A DNA stretch of 64,000 nt, from positions 1 through 64,000 of the forward strand of contig MCFH01000068.1 of NCBI GenBank assembly GCA_002104945.1, written 5' to 3'. The stretch is from Piromyces finnis finn (taxonomy: Eukaryota > Fungi > Neocallimastigomycota). The position numbers and the translations under genes were made by a program. Shown piece by piece: positions 25,904 through 37,400 of this stretch. The stretch's first letter is position 1. Each line of letters starts with the position of its first letter. Below the pieces are notes generated by a model. The model was not told the origin of the DNA and searched no databases. It saw only the letters and a program-made list of their open reading frames with translations.

Positions 25904-28624
25904 TCAAGAGTGATCAAGATAGTCAGGTCTTCTTGACAAGGCATCGGTTTTCCCGTTCGAGGAGCCAGGGCGATATTCAATGACAAAATCGAATTCAGCA
26001 AGGAAAAGGGACCATCTAATTAATCTCTGAGTCATCTTCTCCGGTTTCTTCTGAAAAAGGAGGTTTCTGTGGTCTGATATAATTTTGAAAGGATGATTCG
26101 CACCTTTCAAAAAATGTCTCCACACTTCTAAGGACGCGACGATAGCCAAAAGTTCTTTATCATAGATAGGGTAGTTCTTCTCCGGGTTTGTAAGGGATCT
26201 AGAAAAGAACGCAACAGGGTGAAGAATATTGTCGGACTTGTTGACTTGAGACAATACAGCACCTATGGCGAAGTTACTTGCATCGGTTTCGACAACGAAA
26301 GGTAGGTCAACATCAGGATATGCAAGGATAGGCTGACTAATAAAATGCTTAACCAAAGCATCAAAAGCATCTTGAGCGGTATCGTTCCAAACGAAGGCGG
26401 TGTTCTTCTTGCAAAGTTGGTGGAGTGGGTGAGCAATCTTAGCAAAGCCAGGAATAAATCTACGATAATAGTTGGCTAAGCCTAGGAAAGATTGTAGTTC
26501 ATGGACCGATTTAGGAGTCGGCCATTCCGCAATGGCTTTCACCTTATTAGGGTCCATTCCGATACCAGAGGCAGAGATTCTATGACCAAGGAAGTCAAGA
26601 CAAGGAGAGTCGAATAGACATTTTTCAAGTTTAGCGTACAGTCCGGCTTCTTCGAGTCTACGAAGGACTTCATTGACGTGTTCATGATGTTCGGCTATAT
26701 TATCAGAGAAAATGATAATATCGTCAATATACGAAAAGACGAATTTACCGATAATGCCTTCAAGAACGTCGTTAATAAAATGTTGGAAGACTGCAGGAGC
26801 GTTCTTGAGACCGAAAGGCATTACCAGATATTCGAAATGGCCAAATTGACAGGTGAAGGCGGTCTTATATTCATCGCCTTCTTTGATTCTTACCAAGTTA
26901 TAGGCGGATCGAAGATCTAACTTCGAGAACACCTTAGCTTTTCCTAGATGATCCAACATGTCTTGGATCAATGGGAGAGGGTACGAGTTCCTAATGGTGA
27001 TTTCGTTCAAGCGGCGGTAGTCGATACACATACGAAGTTCTCCACTCTTCTTCGGGACAAACAGAACGGGAGCACCAGCTGGCGATTTGGATTTGCGGAT
27101 AAACCCCTTTTTTAAATTTTCATTAATGGTTTCTTCTAATACCTTTGATTCTTTCTCAGTAAGTCGGTAGATTGGACCATAAAACAAGTTGCTATTTGGT
27201 CTCAGGTTGATCTCACAGTCGTACGGGCGATGAGGAGGGAGTTTATCAGCGAGCCTTTCCTCGAACACTTTGGAGTGTTGAGAGTAGTGAATTGGAATTT
27301 GGGGTGACTCAACTTCAGGTTCTTCTAAACAAGTGAATACATTGAAAGGGTATTCAGGTGTATTTCCAACTGACATTTCGTCCTTCGATTGGTCTTCGAG
27401 TTCAGAAGTGGTAGAGCTAGCAGATTCTTTCCTTAAGCAATTTTCCTTACAGTATTCAGAATGATAGGAAACGTCCTTACTAGCAAAATTGATTGTCGGA
27501 TTGTGAAGGGCCAGCCAATCAGAGCCAAGAATACAACAGTAAGAAGGCAATTTTACGACGTAAAATTGTAACTGGCATGAGTGATTCATGTGTTCCACAG
27601 TTATAGGCCAAGTCTGGCCGATAATCTTTTGGTGACCTCCGATACCTATAATTTGTGGGCATTTTACTTTGGTAATTATAGGGATCTCATGGGCCTTAAC
27701 AAAGGCGTGGTCTATCAAACAGAATTGTGAACCACTATCTAAGAGAACTTTAGTTCCGACAGATTTGTATGGAAGAACAACATCAACATCGATAACAGTT
27801 TGCGGTAAAGAGGAGTTATCCGAAAGTCGAGTGGATTTTTCTTGTTCATTCAAAACATGGACCCCAGCATTATTAGTATGGTTTTCCTTTTTGGTTCTAA
27901 TAGGGCATTCAGATAATCGGTGACCAGGTTTACCACAATATAAGCAGAGATTCTCTTTCATTCGGCGGCTACGTTCTTCACTTGAAATGGGGCCAAAATT
28001 ATTTTCCTTCTTGGGCTGAGTGGATTTACTTGTAGATCTTTCTGAGGAGCGGGATTGGAAGCTTTGTTTAGAACGGAAACTTCTATTGGATCTTCTGTTT
28101 ATTTCCTCTTGGTGGCATGCCAATCTACTTCCTATACGACTGGCTATTGTTTGTAAGTTTATCAAGGTAGAAGGGCCAGGAAACATCTGAAGGATATGGG
28201 TGGCGATTCTATCGTCCAACCCATCAACAAAAGCATCCATCTTGGCTTGTTCATTCCAAGTGGATTCATCAGCATAGTAGTTAAATTCCTTGATATACTC
28301 TTGAGTATTGGATAGGCCATGTTGTTTGATCTTCTTGAGCTTCTGGTTGGCAGTATAGACCATATCCTGAAAACCAAAAGCAGCCTTCAGCTTTCCAACA
28401 AAGGCGCCATAATCCTGTAAGCAAGGATCATGGTTGTTAATCAAGGTAGCAGCCCAATTCATTGCATCCCCGTAGAGGCGACTAACGACGTAGAAGACCT
28501 TTTCTCCATCGTCCCTTCCTATTTCAGGATGGATCATAAAGATCATGTCCATTTTGGCTAAGAATCCCTTCAGGTAGCGACGGTTGCCATCAAAACCGTT
28601 CTTCAAATCAGCAGAGTTATCCAT
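25904..28624 (-). CDS. E3 Gag-PR-RT-RNase H polyprotein (likely start MDNSAD at ~28624)
   Basis: CLYCGKPGHRLSEC knuckle, LLDSGS protease, YIDD, RNase H TDAS. The integrase continues in shifted frames. Confidence 0.85.
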   Translation of the reverse strand: MDNSADLKNGFDGNRRYLKGFLAKMDMIFMIHPEIGRDDGEKVFYVVSRLYGDAMNWAATLINNHDPCLQDYGAFVGKLKAAFGFQDMVYTANQKLKKIKQHGLSNTQEYIKEFNYYADESTWNEQAKMDAFVDGLDDRIATHILQMFPGPSTLINLQTIASRIGSRLACHQEEINRRSNRSFRSKQSFQSRSSERSTSKSTQPKKENNFGPISSEERSRRMKENLCLYCGKPGHRLSECPIRTKKENHTNNAGVHVLNEQEKSTRLSDNSSLPQTVIDVDVVLPYKSVGTKVLLDSGSQFCLIDHAFVKAHEIPIITKVKCPQIIGIGGHQKIIGQTWPITVEHMNHSCQLQFYVVKLPSYCCILGSDWLALHNPTINFASKDVSYHSEYCKENCLRKESASSTTSELEDQSKDEMSVGNTPEYPFNVFTCLEEPEVESPQIPIHYSQHSKVFEERLADKLPPHRPYDCEINLRPNSNLFYGPIYRLTEKESKVLEETINENLKKGFIRKSKSPAGAPVLFVPKKSGELRMCIDYRRLNEITIRNSYPLPLIQDMLDHLGKAKVFSKLDLRSAYNLVRIKEGDEYKTAFTCQFGHFEYLVMPFGLKNAPAVFQHFINDVLEGIIGKFVFSYIDDIIIFSDNIAEHHEHVNEVLRRLEEAGLYAKLEKCLFDSPCLDFLGHRISASGIGMDPNKVKAIAEWPTPKSVHELQSFLGLANYYRRFIPGFAKIAHPLHQLCKKNTAFVWNDTAQDAFDALVKHFISQPILAYPDVDLPFVVETDASNFAIGAVLSQVNKSDNILHPVAFFSRSLTNPEKNYPIYDKELLAIVASLEVWRHFLKGANHPFKIISDHRNLLFQKKPEKMTQRLIRWSLFLAEFDFVIEYRPGSSNGKTDALSRRPDYLDHS

Positions 28625-28684
28625 AAAAAAAAAATTAGAAGTAAGCAAATAAACGAGGCACTGAGGTAGCGATCTTTTTCTTAG

Positions 28685-28695
28685 AGTGTTTTTAT
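28685..28695 (-). promoter_or_regulatory. E3 primer-binding site, self-priming type (ATAAAAACACT)
   Basis: Complementary to AGTGTTTTTAT at 28879-28869, which has TATAAAA ~30 nt upstream. Confidence 0.85.
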
Positions 28696-30837
28696 TGTAA
28701 CGAAATATTATAATAATAAACACACACACTCTAATGTATCAAATATATATGTATTTTTTTTAATAATGTTTATTTATTAAATTTATTATTATAATACGAC
28801 TAACTCGCTAGGTCAGTGTATTATCAAACTAAAGACGAAACAAAAAAACTAATTTTTATTAATTATTAATAAAAACACTAAAGAACTATTTTATCTTTCT
28901 TATTCTCTCTTTTATACATGAAAATTATTTTTATTTTTTTAATACAATTTGATAAGTGAATTAATTACTTAATGATTGGTTATAAAAATATAATTATGAA
29001 ATTTTCATTAATCTAACCTTAATGATTTTCTAGTCTAACCCTTATCATTAGATATACCTCATTACAGTATTGAAGTAGTAGGGTCTAGCTTCTTTCTCTC
29101 CTGTAGGAGTTAACCACAACTTCAACTGCAAGTCGTCTGAGAACTGCTTTAATTCGATATCACCATTAACAGTTCGAAATACTGCCGGTTTATCTACCAC
29201 TTTCAACCCAAGTTTTCTTGCCAGGTTTGGGTGGATGAGATTGGTAGTAGAGCCAGTATCATATAAAACTTCAACCCTTTTAATACCCTGCGGGTTGCTT
29301 CTTGCATTGATTTCAGCTACTTGTTGGTTTTTGACTGTAGTAGCTATTATTATCAGCTGTCTGACTAACCATGGCTTTAGGTAATGGTATTATCTGTACT
29401 CGATGGTCCTTGCTTGGTTTGGAAGCTAGAACTTCTTCTGAAGCCTGGTTTATTGAACGACTCACGACGTTCTTTAGCATTGTTATTATTTTTAACGTAT
29501 GCCTGTAAGTTATTTTGCTCAACTTTAGGCTTATTAGTAGACTTGTTGTTTTTCTGCTTTAACTCGGCCCATTTAGATGGTCTACATGGGTCTGTAATAT
29601 CCAACAAGGCCAGTATTGTGGTTTGGCGGTCTCTCTTATCGTACTTCTCTATGGTCTCATTACGGAAGACTGCTTGGTGATCATCGCATTTTAACAGTAC
29701 ATCACTCAATACCCCTAGTGTACGCTCCTGTTCAGGAATATCATAGAACGCTTCCCTGACAGAAGGTCTGACCTGCTGTATTAACACCTGTCTCCTGACG
29801 TTTTGAGGAAGCCCAAGTGTTTCCGTCAACTCATTGAACTCTTCTAAGTAGTCGTAGGCTTTTCCCCACTCATGTGAGTTTAAGCAACTTCGACTTACAA
29901 AGTTCATGGGGGGACTCTGGTGGGAACTTATCTTGAAGGTGGAGGAACAACCTTTCAGCATCAGGGTCCCTGCGCTGTAACATCCTCTCCCTAAGTCTAT
30001 ACCATCTTAATACTTTCCCACCTAGATGATCTTCAATGAAGCTAACTTTGGCCCTTTCGTCATTTCCATAGTCGTATGGGTAAAGTTTGAAATGGCGTAA
30101 GCACTTCTCCTGAAAACCTTCTAAGTCTATCCCATTATTGTCAAACATAGGTACTTTTTCTTCGTACCTATGTACTCGCTAGTCGAACATCTTTACATCC
30201 CCATCCTCGGAATATTCCGTAGGGTTGGTACTGCTACTAGATCCAGCACCATGAGGATTCTCCATACCACCGGTTTGGGAAGATGTTCTTTCATGAGCTC
30301 TGGCTGAAGCTCGTTTGTTCATGGCTTCCATTTTAGCCTCGAACAATTTTTCTCTTTTTTCTAGAGCGTTTCGTTGTTCCTTCAATCTAGCCATCTCTTC
30401 TTCAAGCTCCTTTTTATAAGAGACGAAGGCGTTAGATTGACTGTACAACGTTTCTTGGTTGTTTAACACTTGCTGATGGTCTTGTAACCTTTCCTCATGT
30501 TCTGCGGTAAAGGCATTTTCCACAGCATGCAGCTCTTCCAAGCTAACTTGGCTAGCTGACTCGTTTGCTTCCAACCTTTGGTCTACTTCAACAAATTTTT
30601 GCTGAAGAGCCTCATTTATTTCGCTCTTGTAAACCTCAATGCCACGAAGTTGTTCTTCCATAGCACCCAGACGGTTTCCCATACTAGCAAACTGGCTAGA
30701 TATCTCCGAAACCCATCTATTAAGAAGACCTTCGATGTGCTCCATTGGGTTTACTTCACTATTATTATTAAAAAAGAAAGAAGAATCAACAGGGGTGGGC
30801 AAAGAATCCCCCTGTTGAACCTGAGAATTTTGATTAG

Positions 30838-31332
30838 TGTAAAAGGTTTTTTATATTATTAGTTAATAAGTTACTAATTAGTTAATTAAGTTAGTTATTA
30901 CCTCTCTATACGAGTTAATAACTAAATAAAGTTTTATAAAAAATAATAAAAGAAAGAAAATAAATATTATAACACTAAAATAAATATAAACACTTATATA
31001 AATATTTTATGAAATAACTTTTACTTAAATAATTATATTTTAATTATATCTTTTATTTATTTATTATAATTATCTACATTAATTATTATTATAGCTAATA
31101 ATTTACTTTAATACTAACGCTAAAGTATTTAACGTTAGTTTTGACTATACTATTTAACTATATGAGTTTATTTTCTTTACCACTTGATTGGGTAAAGCAA
31201 ATAAACTTCCTATTTAATTAATAACCATTAATATATGGTTATACATATATTTGGCCAATAAATGGTGACCAGAATATATGGTTTCAATTGAAATATTTGT
31301 GGGCAAACTTATGGCCACAAATATTTCTTACA
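30838..31332 (-). mobile_element. Solo LTR family D inside E2 gag 5' region, TSD ATTAG
   Basis: ATTAG at 30833-30837 and 31333-31337; TG...CA termini. Confidence 0.92.
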
Positions 31333-31944
31333 ATTAGATTCGACCTCGGCACTTTCGAGAAGTACCAGGGTTCGAACCCGAGACATCACATCCACACCAT
31401 CCATTCCATCCGCGCTCGCCGCATCAGGACTGGTCCCGTCCCTTACGAATTGTAAGAAATATTTGTGGCCATAAGTTTGCCCACAAATATTTCAATTGAA
31501 ACCATATATTCTGGTCACCATTTATTGGCCAAATATATGCATAACCATATATTAATGGTTATTAATTAAATAGGAAGTTTATTTGCTTTACCCAATCAAG
31601 TGGTAAAGAAAATAAACTCATATAGTTAAATAGTATAGTCAAAACCAACGTTAAATACTTTAGCGTTAGTATTAAAGTAAATTAATAGCTATAATAATAA
31701 TTAATGTATATAATTATAACTAATAAATAAAAGATAATAATTATAATAATTATTTAAGTAAATAATATTTCATATTAATATTTATTGTGTTATATTTATT
31801 TTTGTGTTATAATATTTATTTTAGTTCTTTTATTATTTTTTATAAAACTTTATTTAGTTATTAACTCGTATAGAGAGGTAATAACTAACTTAATTAACTT
31901 GTTATATTTAACTTATTAACTAACATATATAAAAACCTTTTACA

Positions 31945-31955
31945 ATACTAACGCT
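31945..31955 (+). promoter_or_regulatory. E5 primer-binding site, self-priming type (ATACTAACGCT)
   Basis: Complementary to AGCGTTAGTAT at 31662-31672 in the LTR. Confidence 0.87.
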
Positions 31956-32246
31956 TTATAGTTAGTTCTTACGTTAGCTTAGTTTTAATTAGGTTAGTGT
32001 TATTAAAAGTTCTTAAAAAACATATTTTATTTTATTTAAATTATTGTTTAATAATAATTATTTACAATATTTTATATAATATTCAAATATTATATTTAAA
32101 AGAAGTAAATTTATTATTAAGAATAATTATTTTTTAATAGTTTAGCAATAAAAAATTCATTATTTTTAAATTTTAAAATTCATTATAACCATATTTTATA
32201 TAATAAATTCTTTAATTTATTAAAAGAATTTATTTTCGAGCTAGAA

Positions 32247-34397
32247 ATGAAAAACACAGGTAAGTCACCTAACCCTCGTGGTGTCCATAAATTGGACACA
32301 AAAACATCATTCGTAAGGGACGGGACCCGTCCTGACGCGGCGAGCGCGGATGGCATGGATGGTGTAGAGGGAATGTCACGGGTTCGAACCCCGGTGCTTC
32401 TCGAAAGCACTGAGGTCGAATCTAATCAGAATTTACAGGTTCAACAGGGGGATTCTATGCCCGCCCCTGTTGATCCTTCTTTCTTTTTTACTAGTAATAG
32501 TGAGGTAAACCCAATGCAACACATTGAAGTTCTTCTTAATAGATGGGTTTCGGAAATATCTAGCCAGTTTGCTAGTATGGGAAACCGTCTGGGTGCTATG
32601 GAAGAACAACTTCGGGGTATTGAGGTTTACAAGAGCGAGATAAACGATGCTCTTCAGCAAAAATTTGTTGAAGTGGATCAAAGGTTGGAAGCAAATGAGT
32701 CAGCTAGCCAAGTTAGCTTGGAAGAGCTGCATGCTGTGGAAAATGCCTTTACTGCAGAACATGAGGAAAGGTTACAAGACCACCAGCAAGTGCTAAACAA
32801 CCAAGAAACGTTGTACCGCCAATCTAGTGCCTTTGTCTCTTATAAAAAAGAGCTTGAAGAAGAGATGGCCAGATTGAGGGAGCAACGAAACGCTCTAGAA
32901 GAAAGAGAAAAATTGTTCGAGGCTAAAGTCGAAGCCATGAACAGAAGAGCTGAAGCCAGAGCTCATGAAAGAACATCCTATCAAACCGGTGGTATGGGTA
33001 ATCCTCATGGTGCTGGAACTAGTAGTAGCACCAACCCTACGGAATACTCCGAGGATGGGGACGTGAAGATGTTCGACTGGCGAGTACATAGGTATGAAGA
33101 AAAAGTGCCTATGTTTGATAATAATGGGATAGACTTAGAGGGTTTTCAAGAGAAATGCTTACGTCATTTCAAACGTTACCCATATGACTATGGTAACGAC
33201 GAAAAGGCAAAGGTTAGCTTCATTGAAGATCATCTAGGTGGGAAAGTATTGAGATGGTATAGACTCAGAGAGAGGATGTTGCAGCGTAGGAATCCTGATG
33301 CTGAAAGACTATTCCTCCACCTTCAAGATAAGTTTCCACCAGAGTCTCCCCATGAACTCTGCAAGTCAAAGTTGCTTAAGCTCACACATGAGTGGGGAAA
33401 AGCATACGATTACTTGGAAGAGTTCAATGAATTGACGGAAACACTTGGGCTCCCTGAAAATGTTAGGAGACAGGTGTTAATACAACAGGTCAGGCCTTCT
33501 GTCAGGGAAGCGTTCTATGATATCCCTGAACAGGAACGTACGCTGGAAACATTAAGTGAAGTCTTGTTAAAGTGCGATGATCACCAAGCAGTCTTCCGTA
33601 ATGAAACCATAGAAAAGTACGACAAAAGAGACCGCCAGACCACTATTATGGCATTGTTGGACATTACAGACCCATGTAGGCCATCTAGATGGGCTGAGTT
33701 GAAGCAGAAGAACAACAAGCCAAATAATAAGCCTAAAGTTGAGCAGACCAACACTCAGGCTTACGCAAAAAACAATAACGGTACTAAAGAACGTCGTGAA
33801 TCCTTAAATAAGTCAAGCTTTAGAAGAAGTTCTAGCTTCCAACCAAGGCAAGGACCTTCTAGTATGGGAAATAACCCATTACCTAAGGCTATGGCAAGTC
33901 AAACGACGGTCAATAACAGTTACTACAGTCAGAACCAACTAGTAGCTGAAATAAATGCAAGAAGCAACCCTCGAGACATAAAAAGGGTAGAAGTCTTGTA
34001 TGATACTGGTTCCACTACAAACCTCATCCACCCAAATTTAGCAAAGAAGCTCGGGTTAAAGGTAGTGGACAAACCAGCCATATTCAGAACTGTGAATGGA
34101 GACATCGAGTTAAAGCAGTTCTCAGATGACTTGCAGTTGAAGTTATGGTTAACTCCATCTGGTGAACAAGAAGCTAAACCATACTGCTTCAACACAAGTT
34201 GTCACCTATCCGACAACATGCCGGAGATGATCATTGTGGGACTGGGCTTCATGGATGAGCACTTTATCTACAGAGGTTATGATAAAGATGCACAAGTGAT
34301 GTACTTCGTGGTAGATAATGATAAGGATAAAGGACATACCAACAGTTATGGTGTAAATGGTGGCGATATCTACTACTGTACTCAATTAAGTCCATAA
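32247..34397 (+). CDS. E5 Gag plus aspartic protease
   Basis: Coiled-coil N-region, capsid-like YLEEFNELTETLG, protease LYDTGS...IVGLGFM; start codon uncertain. Confidence 0.85.
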   Translation: MKNTGKSPNPRGVHKLDTKTSFVRDGTRPDAASADGMDGVEGMSRVRTPVLLESTEVESNQNLQVQQGDSMPAPVDPSFFFTSNSEVNPMQHIEVLLNRWVSEISSQFASMGNRLGAMEEQLRGIEVYKSEINDALQQKFVEVDQRLEANESASQVSLEELHAVENAFTAEHEERLQDHQQVLNNQETLYRQSSAFVSYKKELEEEMARLREQRNALEEREKLFEAKVEAMNRRAEARAHERTSYQTGGMGNPHGAGTSSSTNPTEYSEDGDVKMFDWRVHRYEEKVPMFDNNGIDLEGFQEKCLRHFKRYPYDYGNDEKAKVSFIEDHLGGKVLRWYRLRERMLQRRNPDAERLFLHLQDKFPPESPHELCKSKLLKLTHEWGKAYDYLEEFNELTETLGLPENVRRQVLIQQVRPSVREAFYDIPEQERTLETLSEVLLKCDDHQAVFRNETIEKYDKRDRQTTIMALLDITDPCRPSRWAELKQKNNKPNNKPKVEQTNTQAYAKNNNGTKERRESLNKSSFRRSSSFQPRQGPSSMGNNPLPKAMASQTTVNNSYYSQNQLVAEINARSNPRDIKRVEVLYDTGSTTNLIHPNLAKKLGLKVVDKPAIFRTVNGDIELKQFSDDLQLKLWLTPSGEQEAKPYCFNTSCHLSDNMPEMIIVGLGFMDEHFIYRGYDKDAQVMYFVVDNDKDKGHTNSYGVNGGDIYYCTQLSP

Positions 34398-34468
34398 CTA
34401 CAGTTACTAATGCAAAAGCAAGAAGGCCTCTGGTAACTGTAACTGCGGAAAACATAGAAGCCGAAATC

Positions 34469-37400
34469 GTGGGTAATGGTAGCCACAAGGCTACAAAGGA
34501 AACCAGAAACGGAAGTTCCGGAGGGTTGGCATCGAGTTCCAACTTAGAGAAAAATCCCGTTTCAGTAGGGTTGGTACAGAGTGTTGACTTAGAGAAAAAA
34601 TGTGATTCCGGAGGGTTGACATTTGAATACAACTTAGAGAAAACTTGTGTTTCAGTAGGGTTGGTACAAGAGTCGAACTTAGAGAAAAATCACATTTACG
34701 TAGGGTTGGTACAGGAAGAAAACTTAAACGAAAATCGACCCACACCTGAAGAAATCGTGGAGAAGTACTACCACAATTTCAAAGAAGCATTTAATGAAGA
34801 GATAGCTAACCAGCTACCAGAACACCGTCCTTACGACTGTAAGATCGACCTGGAGCCGGATGCTAGTCTCCATAAAGGGCCTATATATCCCTTCAATCCA
34901 GAAGAGGAAAAAGGATTGAAGGAATATATAGAGGAAAACCTGGCAAAGGGCTTCATCAGGAAGTCAGAGAGTCCTGCAGGTTATCCTGTGTTATTCGTGC
35001 CCAAAAAGAGTGGTGAAAGACGATTATGTACTGACTATAGGCGTCTTAATAAGGTAACAGTGCGTAACTCCTTCCCCTTACCACTCATCAGTCAAGTGTT
35101 TGAAGCTATGAAAGGCGCGACTATCTTCTCCAAGTTGGATTTGAAGTCTGCCTACAACCTCGTGCGTATTCGTGAAGGTGACGAATACAAGACGGCATTC
35201 TCAACCAAGTTTGGGCATTATGAATATCTAGTGATGCCATTTGGGTTGACTAATGCTCCTGCCACGTTCCAAGGGTTCATTAATACGGTGCTGGCAGAAG
35301 AAATCAACGATTGCTGTCAAGTGTACTTGGACGATATCATCATCTACTCCAAGTCACTTGAAGAGCATGTAGGGCATGTAAAAAGAGTCCTACAAAAGCT
35401 AATAGATAATCGTCTAGTAGCTAAGTTAGCGAAGTGTGAGTTCCACAAGGAAGAACTTGCATTCCTGGGTCATGTAGTTGGAAAATATGGTATTAAAACC
35501 GACCCAGAAAAGTTAAAAGCTGTAGCAAGTTGGCCGCAACCAACCAACATTAAAGAACTACAGTCATTCCTTGGATTCTGCAACTATTATAGGAAGTTTA
35601 TAAAGGACTTCTCTAGGATAGAAAGGCCGTTATACGCTATGACGTCCAAAAAGGTACAGTTCCTGTGGAATGAAGAACGCATCCAGGCGTTCGAGAAGTT
35701 AAAAGAAATGCTGTTGTCTCCACCAGTATTAGCATATCCTGACCATGACCGTCAGTTTATAGTGGAGTGCGACGCTAGTAACTACGCGGTGGGCGGTGTA
35801 TTATCACAACTAGGCGATGACAATGAACTACACCCTGTGTATTACTATTCCAAGAAGCTTACGAAAGCAGAAATCAACTACTCCATCACAGAAAAGGAGT
35901 TGTTGGCTATTAGGAATGCTTTCATCGAGTGGCGACACCTGTTGATGGGTGCGAAACATAAGGTCCTAGTATATAGTGACCATAGGAATCTCCTGTTCGC
36001 CACAAAACCACAGTTGTTGACAGCAAGACAGGCAAGATGGCAAGAGCTGTTTGCTGCATACAACTTCGAAATAATATATCGGCCAGGAAAAATGAATGGT
36101 AGAGCCGATATCCTATCAAGAATGGTATCTCCAGAACAGGTACAACTGGAGATGGAAAAAGCTAGCCTCCTTCGACCTGAACAGGTAAAAGAATTTCCAC
36201 CCGTGGAAGAAGAGTGCTATGCGGTGTTAGAAGTAAGCTTCGTGGGAGAATTGAAACAAGCTTACAACACGGATGAGCTTGCTAGGGAAATTAGAGATGG
36301 TCTTGACGCAAAAAGAGGCCACAAGCTCATCAAAAAGAAGTGGTTGATGGTTAATGGGTTGATTGTTAGAAAGGATGCACCAGAACGTACATATGTACCA
36401 AAGGTGTTAAGGGAAACAATCATAAAACTTAACCACGATAGTGAAACAGCAGGTCATCTGGGAAAAGATAAAACTTATGACCTGATAGCCAGAAACTACT
36501 ACTGGCCAAAAATGAAGGATGACATTGCGGGATATATTAAAGCTTGTACCATATGTTGTACCCAAAAGGACAACAGACACAGGCCGTACGGTAGCGCTGC
36601 TAGGGTAAAAGTTGCAGACTTACCTTGGCAAGAAGTAGAAATTGACTTCCTGACGGACCTACCTATTAAGGAACGCAGAAAACCAGGTAGTAGTCCCTCA
36701 GAACCCCCAGAAGTCACTAGAAGAGGTTGTATCATGGTTTGTAGCGATAAGTTAACCAAAATGATACACTTAGTGGGATTTAGGAGTATGCCTACTGCTA
36801 AAGAAACAGCATTAGCATACTTACAACATGTATTCAAGTTACATGGTTGTCCCAAATCGGTTACTACGGATCGTGGTGTCCAGTTCACTAGTAAGTTGTG
36901 GAAGGACATTATGGGGTTCTTTGGCGTAGAAGTAAACCTTGCTACTACTGGCCATCATGAAACAGTTGGTCAGGTAGAACGTAACAACTCCTACGTAAGT
37001 ATGTACCTTAGGTGCTTTGTGAAGACCTTTGATGACGACGAATGGTTGAAGTACTTGTACTTAGCTGAGTTCTGTTATAATAATGCAGTGCACAGTTCTA
37101 CTAAGCAGTCCCCATTCCTAGCCTTGTATAACTACCAGGTACATATGAATCCCCAAGACTCAGAGCTTGTCCACTCCCTTGGCGAAGCTCCTGTATTAGA
37201 TAGCTTCGCTCACAACTTAGGTAACTTAAAGCACATGTTGGACATATCAAGAACACGGTTCTTAGACCACTTGGACCATAGAAGAGAACTTAACTACCCT
37301 AAAATTAGACTCATGGATTTGGTGTGGTTAAGAAAACCAGAAAATTACAACCCTCTTCCCTTCTACAAGCTACAAGCAAGAAAGTACGGTCCCTTCAAGG

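Larger units (their letters stand above)
17418..29066 (-). mobile_element. Element E3: full-length chromovirus (LTR family C, 371 bp), TSD GTATT, containing E4
   Basis: LTRs 17418-17788 and 28696-29066; GTATT at 17413-17417 and 29067-29071; PPT AGAGGAGGAGCT; inserted in the E2 protease region. Confidence 0.95.

Noticed and set aside
28625-28729. N-terminal extensions of ORFs 25904..28729, 18224..18562 and 48054..50327
   Set aside because: They run into adjacent LTR or leader DNA and are ORF-caller artefacts.
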